A stretch of DNA of 32,000 nucleotides. Source: Candidatus Saccharimonadota bacterium. Its GTDB lineage: Bacteria; Patescibacteriota; Gracilibacteria; BD1-5; UBA2023. Location: assembly GCA_963706795.1 (NCBI GenBank), contig OY970170.1:630001-662000 (forward strand), in the 5' to 3' direction. This document shows, in pieces, positions 25,008 through 32,000 of the stretch; the first letter of the stretch is position 1; each line of letters opens with the position of its first letter. The position numbers were made by a program, and so were the translations under genes. The notes below the pieces were generated by a model, which did no database searches, was not told the DNA's origin, and saw only the letters and a list, made by a program, of their open reading frames with translations.

Positions 25008-25899
25008 CGATTTTTTGGGCGAGCTCGAGTGCGAGGAGTTCGGGTTTTTGGGTGTCGCTTTGGACTACGGCTAACTGCACAGGCTTTGGAGCTTGAGCAC
25101 CGGTACTAATGAGTGATGCGTAGATATCACGATGTGTTACAGCTGGTGTGCTCGCAAGCTCTCGAGAAGTATTGCCATTGTAGTTTCGAAGAGAGATGTA
25201 TTCTTTCAGTTTTTCGGGATCTTGCAGCGTTTCTCGTAGCGACTGAGCTACGCTCTCAGGGGTTGAGCGAACACCGATATCTGAGAGTTTGCGAGAGATT
25301 CTTTTGAGGGTTTCTGGAGATTGGATGATCTGCGATATAGACGATTGGATGCGACTCGTTTTTTGGTTGCGGATCTGGTCATCGGCGCGGTCTTCGAGAA
25401 ATCGCATATATGTGCAGCCAATGACGAGATTGACGATAGGATTACCGCGCACAGAGCTGAGAGATCGGATAATACTCTCAAGTCCGGCAGGATTCGTGTG
25501 ATTGGGATTTTTTTTGGCCAAAAGAATTAAAGCCGTGAGTGCAGGCGGGGTCTCACGTGGGAATATCGTGTGATCTACCTTTGCCAAAATTGGTGCAAAT
25601 CGTGTGAAGCGACTCTGAATATCCTCAATCGGATGAGTATTGATTTGCATCAATCCCTGAGAAACTCCTGAATTGAGTTTTATAGAATATTTTGATTCAT
25701 GAGCAATGAGCGCGCTCATCTTTTGACGATCAAGACCGAGATCAGTACAAAGACTCGTGAGGATAAGTCCCTGATTTTCTTCGAAGGCTTCGCGATTTTT
25801 GGCGAGCTCACGGTGCCCTGGGAGATCAAAATTGGCAGACGCAGAAGTCTTTATGCTTTCTGCTTTTGGCGGGGGAGTAGTGGAGAATTTTTCGTTCAT
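24985..25899 (-). CDS. Lytic transglycosylase (SLT domain) protein
   Basis: Intact 304 aa ORF. It shows SLT family motifs: 'AHESKYS', which carries the catalytic Glu-Ser, together with 'GLMQIN' and 'YNGN'. Confidence 0.85.
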   Translation of the reverse strand: MNEKFSTTPPPKAESIKTSASANFDLPGHRELAKNREAFEENQGLILTSLCTDLGLDRQKMSALIAHESKYSIKLNSGVSQGLMQINTHPIEDIQSRFTRFAPILAKVDHTIFPRETPPALTALILLAKKNPNHTNPAGLESIIRSLSSVRGNPIVNLVIGCTYMRFLEDRADDQIRNQKTSRIQSSISQIIQSPETLKRISRKLSDIGVRSTPESVAQSLRETLQDPEKLKEYISLRNYNGNTSRELASTPAVTHRDIYASLISTGAQAPKPVQLAVVQSDTQKPELLALELAQKIENDLSFV

Positions 25900-25956
25900 A
25901 AATTCAGCCTACCAAATACCCGTTTAAAAAACAAATGTTGAGCACAAAAAATGAGC

Positions 25957-26487
25957 CTATTTGGCCCATTCCTCAATCTTTTTTTGAACTTCAATAAAAA
26001 TAGATGTTTCGAGAGTATCGATTTCTGCTTTGGTGAGTTTGGAGAGCACCCAGTCACTGACTTCGTATCGAGGATCGCGATCAATACCAATTTTGAGACG
26101 AGAGAATTCCTCTGTGCCGATGGATTCGATGATGGATTTGATACCATTTTGACCGCCCGAGCTTCCTTTTTGGCGGAATCGAATCTTGCCAAAATCCATA
26201 TCGAGATCATCCGAGAGAACGATGAGATTGAGTGCGGGATCGAGTTTATAAAATCCGGCAATGGAGGCAATCGATCTGCCGGAGAGATTCATATAGGTGA
26301 CTGGCTTTATGAGCATTGTCTTCTCTCAGTTATGTACGCCCTCACTTATCACCGCGTGATGCTTGCTGGCCGAAAAATCTGGAAATCCCCACGCATTTCT
26401 CAAAAATTCGAGTGCGAGAGCTCCCATATTATGTCGGGTATTTGCGTATTCGGGTCCTGGATTGCCGAGTCAGACGATGCATTTCAT
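25957..26487 (-). CDS. pth: Peptidyl-tRNA hydrolase (176 aa)
   Basis: ORF 25957-26316 extends upstream through TGAs at 26326-26328 and 26470-26472 to an ATG at 26487. This restores the signature 'MKCIV(G)LGNPGPEYANTRHNMG'. Confidence 0.93.
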
Positions 26488-26518
26488 GGTTGCAGTATAT
26501 AGTCAATTCCTCTCGTTC

Positions 26519-26546
26519 AAAAAAGTCTGCGATTAATTTCGCAGAC
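26519..26546 (-). terminator. Terminator of the ABC transporter operon
   Basis: On the minus strand: stem GTCTGCGA, loop AATTAA, stem TCGCAGAC, then T6. It overlaps the permease stop codon. Confidence 0.6.
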
Positions 26547-27306
26547 CTCGTCCTGTGGCAAAAAGCCAAGTACACCAAAGTGACATCAATATAAACATTC
26601 CTATGAGTACGCCGTAGCTCTGCCAGAGTGGCATATCCGAAAATCCTAGGAATCCATAACGGAATCCATTCACCATGTAGAGCACTGGATTAAAATGCGA
26701 AACTGCCTGCCAAAAAGGCGGAAGCAAGCTCACAGAATAAAATATTCCTCCAAGATATGTGAGTGGGGTGAGTACAAAGGTTGGCACGATTGAAACCGCA
26801 TCAAAATTCTTTGCGTACACTGCATTTACCAGACCCGCCATCGAAAAGAGTGCTGATGTCAAAAATACAAAGGCGATAATATGTATCACCGAAAAGAGCG
26901 AGAGATGCGTAAAGAACAGTGAAACAATGAGTACGAGCGCTCCAACGAGAAGACCGCGAAGCATTCCGCCAAGTACGTAGCCAGCAATAACTACTGATGC
27001 TGGAGTTGGTGAGACGAGGAGTTCCTCAAGATTTCGTTGGAATTTTGCTCCAAAAAATGAGCTTGAGACGTTAGCATATGCGCTCGTGAGCACACTCATC
27101 ATCACGAGTCCAGGGACAATAAATTGGATATATGATACGCCGTGTACCATCTGTATCTGACTCCCGAGGAAGGCCCCAAATACTATGAAATAGAGGCTCG
27201 TTGTGATCACAGGCGGGAGAAGAGTTTGCGGCCAAATGCGCAAAAATCTTCATACTTCTTTACGGATAATCGCGAGAAATGCGACATAGAGACCGGATGC
27301 ATTCAT
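26533..27306 (-). CDS. ABC-2 type transporter permease (257 aa)
   Basis: A multi-TM protein. The true N-terminus, '[18 protein letters not shown](G)RFLRIWPQT', is recovered through TGA 27250-27252. Its ATG overlaps the upstream stop (TAATG). Confidence 0.85.
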
Positions 27307-28217
27307 TATTTCGATGTAAGTTCGAGGAAATAGGCTTCGAGGCGATTGCTGGTATTGCGGAGACTTTCTACTGTGAGGCCGAGAGATTCGAGTCTGGTGA
27401 GAGCATCAATGATCTTATGCTCTTTGGTGACCGACAGTGTAATTGAACGATCTGTGAGTGTGGGATTGTAGGCCTTCAGAGCGCTGAGCTCGGCTTCGGT
27501 TGGGGCTCGTGGAATATCTACAGTGTAGTTCTCGGTTTTGAGATTGGAGAGTACTTCGCGCATCGTACCATTGGCAACGATATTTCCAGATCGGATGATT
27601 GCCACTTTGTTGCAGAGCATTTCTGCTTCTTCGAGATAGTGCGTAGTGAGGATGATCGTGACTCATTTTTTATTGAGCTCGATCAAAAATTTCCACATTT
27701 CTGCACGAATTTCGATATCGACACCGGCTGTTGGTTCGTCGAGGATGAGGATTTTTGGATCGTGTACGAGTGCACGGGCGATCATGAGTCGTCGCTTCAT
27801 TCCTCCAGAGAGTGCGCGTGCAGGAGTATTGAGTTTATCTCCGAGTCCGAGGGATTCGAGATACTGCTTAGCTTTTGGAAGCGCTTCATCGTAGGGGATT
27901 CCATAGTATCCAGCCTGGTTGACTACGATTTCGAGACACTTCTCAAAGATATTAAAATTAAACTCCTGCGGAACGACTCCGATAAAAGTTTTAGTAAGTG
28001 GACCTTCGAGTTCGGTATCATAGCCGAGCACCGAAACCTTACCAGCTGTCTTATTAACAAGGCCGGTAAGAATTCCAATAATGGTAGATTTACCAGCTCC
28101 ATTGGGTCCAAGAAGCGCGAAAAAATCACCGTTTTCGACGGTGAGATCGACTCATTTGAGCGCCTGTGTTCCTGAGTCGTAGGTCTTAGTAAGTCCTTGA
28201 AGTTCGATTGCGTGCAT
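27306..28217 (-). CDS. ABC transporter ATP-binding protein (303 aa)
   Basis: Walker A is 'GPNGAGKST', the signature is 'LSGGMKRRL', and Walker B is 'ILILDEPT'. In-frame TGAs are at 28152-28154 and 27663-27665. Its start overlaps the DUF1993 stop (TAATG). Confidence 0.9.
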
Positions 28218-28735
28218 TAGGTAAGATCATGAAGTTTGAGATTTCCGATATAGTCCGTTTTACCAATTTCCATCCCTTCTGCACGAAGAATATTGTATGC
28301 AGTCGTAAAGTGAAAGAAGAAATTTGGGAGAACCATGTCGAGCGTGAAGTCCATCATATTCTGATATTTTCCAGGAATATATGATAGTGTAGCTTGATAG
28401 TCATCCGCTTTTGAGAAACTTTCTGGATCTACGCTTTCGATGTAGAGAATAGTCTTTTTGAGGCGCTCGATACATTCGTCGATGGTTGACTCATTGTCTT
28501 CCATTTTTGGAGCAGTTGTTGCAGAGAGACGAGCAATAAGTCCCTTTGAGCTGTCTGAAACGGACTGGATTTGCCTCACGAGAGGAAACATATCTGGCGC
28601 GAGTCTGAGACCGAGAAGATCGGCATCACTCATTCCTTTCGATGCAGCGAAATCCTTGGCTTTTGTGAGGATCACCATGAGATTATGGAGATGCTTTGTA
28701 AAGATATATGGTGTGTGACTATAGAGATTTTGCAT
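28217..28735 (-). CDS. DUF1993 family protein
   Basis: Intact 172 aa ORF. It shows the family pattern 'RLAPDMFPLVRQIQ' ... 'LPNFFFHFTTAYNILRAEGMEIGKTDY'. Confidence 0.85.
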   Translation of the reverse strand: MQNLYSHTPYIFTKHLHNLMVILTKAKDFAASKGMSDADLLGLRLAPDMFPLVRQIQSVSDSSKGLIARLSATTAPKMEDNESTIDECIERLKKTILYIESVDPESFSKADDYQATLSYIPGKYQNMMDFTLDMVLPNFFFHFTTAYNILRAEGMEIGKTDYIGNLKLHDLT

Positions 28736-28801
28736 ATTGGTTTGGCTAAAAAAACGACCAAGTATCGTAGCGCGCTTTGATAGTATGTCAATTCTGATTC
28801 T

Positions 28802-29602
28802 CTAAAGTGTTCCCTGTCCTACAAGCCATCTAAAGATCCATTCAGGCAAAAATCTTCTTAAAAAAATAAGCTGGAAACCGAGATATCCAGTCACATATCT
28901 CAGCTTTTGATTCTCCGAATTTGCAGCTGTAAAAATCGTCTTTGCAATCACTTTTGGATCACTTCCACCCGTGCTCGATTCGGTCATTTTTTTAAGCTTT
29001 GCAAATGCTGGTGCGAGACGAGGAATATTGATGGACCCCACTCGTAAATTGCGACTCACAAAATCCGTTCTTACAAATCCAGGTTCGACTATTTTGATAC
29101 GGATTCCGGTGCTTTTTATTTCGTGCCAAAGAGATTCAAGTGTGGCTTCGAGTGCATGCTTTGATCAGTTGTAATAACCATAAAACGGAAAAGCAATTTT
29201 TCCTCCGATGCTCGTCACAGTGACAATATGTCCCGATTTTTGCTTTAAAAATTTTGGAAGTAATCCACGAATAATCGCGATATTTCCAAAATAATTTACA
29301 TCAAACTGTGCTCTGATTTCCTCATCCGTTGCTCACTCAAAACTCGACATCAGTCCGTAGCCGGCATTATTAATGAGTGCGTCTATATGGATTTTTTTTC
29401 ACAGAATTTCTTCTGTAAATGTATGAATCGAATTCGTATCCGAGAGATTGAGTGCCTTCCAAACAAGATTTTGATGCGAAAAAGACGGCTTTTTTATGTC
29501 ACGCGCTGTTGCGATTACGTCGTAGTCCCGCGCCAAAAAATATTCTGCCGTTGCACGTCCGATACCCGAGGATGCTCCGGTGATGATGGCGAGTTTTTTC
29601 AT
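28802..29602 (-). CDS. Short-chain dehydrogenase/reductase (266 aa)
   Basis: The cofactor-binding motif is 'ITGASSGIGRA' and 'NNAG' is present. The catalytic segment is 'YN(G)SKHAL', a YxxxK motif. In-frame TGAs are at 29399, 29333 and 29165. Confidence 0.9.
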
Positions 29603-29603
29603 A

Positions 29604-29975
29604 TTAGGATTTTATGAAGTGATTGGCCATCAAATAAATAGTCGAAGCGATCAAAAAAACCGGCACAATCCAGTCCGTAAAATTTAAAAACCAAGTTGGC
29701 TTGTCGTACACATATTTAAAAAATATGACCTCAACAGTGAAGAGACTCACCATAAAGGCAATCATGGTTCCAAAACTTTCAAATCCATTTGTGCCACGAA
29801 TATAGCGAATATAGAGCCAACTCATGAGCACAAATGTCAGCACTGAAATACTGTAATGTACTACCACGAACCAGATTCGAGGCCATTTTTCTGCAATTGC
29901 AAAATATCCTCAGAGGACCAACCAACCCAAAAATGCGGTTGTGAAGATCTTGAGGATTTCGATGAATGAATTCAT
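29604..29975 (-). CDS. Small integral membrane protein (123 aa)
   Basis: The ATG is at 29975, and there is an in-frame TGA at 29910-29912. About four hydrophobic segments are present. I recognise no family. Confidence 0.6.
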
Positions 29976-29991
29976 GAGGCAGGGGATGATA

Positions 29992-30540
29992 TTATTCCGT
30001 TGCTGCTTGTTCGCCATTACCGACTATGACCTTTGCATGACGAATGACTTCATCATGGTGCTTGTAGCCCTTTTCAAACTCGACGATGATCTTGCCAGAA
30101 GGTCCGACTCATTGTGAGAGTGCTTCGTGGAAGTGTGGATCGAGATCGGATCCGACAGATTCGTATGATTTTACACCCATGCTTTCGAGGACTTTTGAGA
30201 GTCCAGCTGCTGCCTGCTTTACACCATCATAGACCGCTCCAGTTTGGAACTCTGCTGGAGTACCCGAAACCACACGATCGAGATTATCGAGCGTTGGAAG
30301 AAGTTTTTTTGCAAAGTTTTGAGTAAAAAAACTCGACATTTCGACGCGATCTTTTTCGGTGCGACGAAGGAGATTTTGATAGTCAGCATTCGCACGTGCG
30401 AGGCTTTCATTTGCCTTTGCGAGTTGTTCTTTGAGAAGTGAAACTCCATCATCTCCAGATTGAGTGGGAGTTTCTTCGGTGATTTCTGAGGTTTGATTTT
30501 CGAGATCTTCCATCTCGATTGCTGGATTTTGGTCAGTCAT
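29992..30540 (-). CDS. grpE: Nucleotide exchange factor GrpE (182 aa)
   Basis: It has an acidic N-terminus and a coiled coil ('YQNLLRRTEKDR'). 'LPTLDNLDR' and 'DPHFHEALSQ' are also present. ORF 30109-30540 continues through TGA 30109-30111 into the beta-sheet C-terminus ('...GYKHHDEVIRHAKVIV') and ends at a TAA at 29992-29994. Confidence 0.9.
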
Positions 30541-30542
30541 GA

Positions 30543-31034
30543 TTATTTAATTTTTTTCTTAAGATTCTTGTAAGTACTTTCGAATTCGCTATTGAGGTCC
30601 TTTGCTATTGAGCGAACCTTTTTAGTGAGTTTCTTTGCAATTTCTCCACCTTCTTCGAGTCCTTCTTCGGCGAGTTCGCTCGCTTCTTCGAGGAGCTCGT
30701 CGAGGATTTCTTTACGACGAGCGTAGAGATCTGTGAGAGCTTCTTCGATTTCTTCACGCTTGAGCTCTCATTTTTTTGTGAGGTCGGCAATCGTCTTTTC
30801 TGCCTCTACGCGGAATGCATCAATTTCTTTAAGAGCTTTGACTTTCATATGAGCAACGCGTTCACGATTTTCTGGGCTAAAGATTTTTTCTTCACCTTCG
30901 GTCCAGAGATTTTTGTGGATAGCTTTAATGTCTTCGGCGAGTTCGGGCAGAGTTTTTTTCTTACCGTCATCTGCGAATTTAACTGCCACAAGAAGTCCTG
31001 CGACATACCCGAGACCGAGCAAAAAGAGGTTTCA
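30543..31034 (-). CDS. Membrane-anchored acidic coiled-coil protein, YtxH-like (tentative)
   Basis: The N-terminal hydrophobic segment is 'LLLGLGYVAGLLVAV', followed by a Lys/Glu-rich helix. There is an in-frame TGA at 30768-30770. The start is uncertain: GTG at 31034 or TTG at 31022. The nearby ATG at 31042 is out of frame. Confidence 0.5.
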
Positions 31035-31118
31035 CTTTTTCATAGAGTGTAGGATGAGGGATAACGATATATCCTATGGTATCTCTCTCAAAAATCAAGG
31101 TTGTCTCGCTCGTCATGT

Positions 31119-31146
31119 AAAAAGCCGTCTGTTAACAGACGGCTTT
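31119..31146 (-). terminator. Rho-independent terminator of the MCP gene
   Basis: The perfect palindrome is AAAGCCGTCTG-TTAA-CAGACGGCTTT, followed by a T-run on the minus strand. Confidence 0.8.
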
Positions 31147-31157
31147 ATTTCCTCCTT

Positions 31158-32000
31158 TTAGGAATTGATTTGAAATACACTCATACTCTTGGTAAGTCCT
31201 TGAGCTTGTGAGGTAAGTGATGCGGTTGCAGCGGCTGCTTCTTCGACCAGAGCTGCGTTTTGTTGCGTGACAGTATCCATCTGACCAATCGCTTCGCTGA
31301 TACCAGTGATATCATTGCTTTGTCTGGCAGATGCTGTGCTAATAGACTCCACGATGGCAGTAACACTGGCGATCGCTTTTACGATATCCTGCATACTCTC
31401 ACCGGCTTCGTCCACTAATTTGCTGCCCTGATCAACAGTTCTCATCGACGAGCCAATGAGTTTTTTAATCTCAGCGGCAGCGGCAGCTGATCGTTGAGCA
31501 AGGGTTCGAACTTCGGTCGCGACGACAGCAAAACCACGACCTTGTTCTCCGGCACGTGCAGCTTCTACGGCTGCATTGAGGGCTAGAATATTTGTTTGAA
31601 AGGCGATGCTATCGATAGTGCTGGTAATATCGCCAATCTTTTTGGAGCTTTCTTTGATTAATCCCATAGTTTCAATTACGGAATCAACCACCCTTCCCCC
31701 TTCAACAGCCATATTGGATGCCTGGATGGCGAGCGTGTTTGCTTGCTCGGCATTTTCGGCATTCTTTTTGACGCTGCTCGTGAGAGTTTCCATAGACGCA
31801 GCTGTTTCTTGGAGAGACGAAGCTTGCTCTTCGGTGCGGCTTGAGAGATCAAGATTTCCGTTGGCAATTTCGCTTGCTCCGATAGCAACTGTATTTACAG
31901 ACTGTCGCACTTCTCCCACGGTGTGTGCGAGATTTTCAGACATGTGAGCCACGGCTTCCATAAGTTTGCCGATTTCGTCACGGGTTGTGGCAGTTATTTT
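31158..32000 (-). CDS. Methyl-accepting chemotaxis protein. Only the C-terminal signalling domain is present, and the N-terminus lies beyond the right edge.
   Basis: It carries the highly conserved MCP hairpin core '[41 protein letters not shown]'. Methylation-helix heptads are present. The frame stays open to position 32000 and reads '..TRDEIGKL', the end of a HAMP domain. Confidence 0.9.
   Translation of the reverse strand, partial: KITATTRDEIGKLMEAVAHMSENLAHTVGEVRQSVNTVAIGASEIANGNLDLSSRTEEQASSLQETAASMETLTSSVKKNAENAEQANTLAIQASNMAVEGGRVVDSVIETMGLIKESSKKIGDITSTIDSIAFQTNILALNAAVEAARAGEQGRGFAVVATEVRTLAQRSAAAAAEIKKLIGSSMRTVDQGSKLVDEAGESMQDIVKAIASVTAIVESISTASARQSNDITGISEAIGQMDTVTQQNAALVEEAAAATASLTSQAQGLTKSMSVFQINS

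Noticed and set aside
31020-31045. The ATG at 31042 could be the start of the YtxH-like gene.
   Set aside because: It is out of frame with the long ORF (a frame offset of 2). The in-frame candidates are GTG at 31034 and TTG at 31022, so the start is left uncertain.
31121-31146. The GCCGTCTG palindrome could be a bona fide Neisseria DNA uptake sequence.
   Set aside because: Only the 8-mer core matches. The flanking bases differ from the canonical 10-12-mer (GCCGTCTGAA). One occurrence cannot distinguish it from an ordinary terminator. It is kept only as a clue within the MCP finding.
1-32000. The many short, abutting ORF fragments could mean a heavily pseudogenised region or a poor assembly.
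   Set aside because: The interruptions are exclusively TGA and always in frame. They never involve TAA, TAG or indels. The joined products are full-length and collinear with their families. Recoding explains this far better than decay or sequencing error.
1-32000. I looked for CRISPR arrays, rRNA genes, a reverse transcriptase or DGR, and prophage structural genes.
   Set aside because: I saw no regularly spaced short repeats. I also saw no rRNA-like conserved stretches, RT motifs (YxDD), or capsid, terminase or portal signatures in any frame under table 25.

Overview
This 32 kb window comes from a bacterium that reads UGA as glycine (translation table 25). That code is known from the Gracilibacteria and Absconditabacteria/SR1 lineages of the Candidate Phyla Radiation. 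The supplied standard-code ORF track is therefore badly fragmented. About 70 in-frame TGA codons interrupt otherwise continuous, recognisable genes. No in-frame TAA or TAG occurs and no frameshift is needed. Several TGAs sit at glycine positions that are universally conserved. A tRNA with anticodon UCA and bacterial tRNA-Gly acceptor identity lies at 13687-13765, next to a tRNA-Gly(GCC). All CDS coordinates below are re-stitched under table 25 and include the stop codon.

Gene content, left to right:
- mfd (partial) and frr.
- A plus-strand cluster of surface or giant proteins: a 245 aa sortase-signal-like protein, a 1389 aa orphan giant, a 75 aa membrane protein, and a 1054 aa secreted Cys-rich repeat protein.
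- A bacterial Elp3-like radical-SAM/GNAT enzyme, divergent from the tRNA-Gly(UCA)/tRNA-Gly(GCC) pair.
- An acidic/basic small-protein pair, then tRNA-Arg(GCG).
- An AT-rich 4.4 kb type III restriction-modification (mod-res) island, bounded by a perfect 44 bp direct repeat inside a palindromic terminator.
- An S8 peptidase with SLH-like domains.
- A CpxP/Spy-like secreted protein followed by an OmpR-type response regulator and a histidine kinase.
- A long minus-strand block: lytic transglycosylase, pth, ABC-2 permease, ABC ATPase, DUF1993, SDR, a small membrane protein, grpE, a YtxH-like protein, and a partial methyl-accepting chemotaxis protein at the right edge.

Most interesting signals:
- The recoding tRNA and its pairing with a wobble-U34 modification enzyme.
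- The giant-protein operon, which almost completely avoids UGA-Gly.
- A paralogous structured 3' element with covarying base pairs.
- The R-M island, whose 28 sense UGAs imply a donor that also uses code 25.
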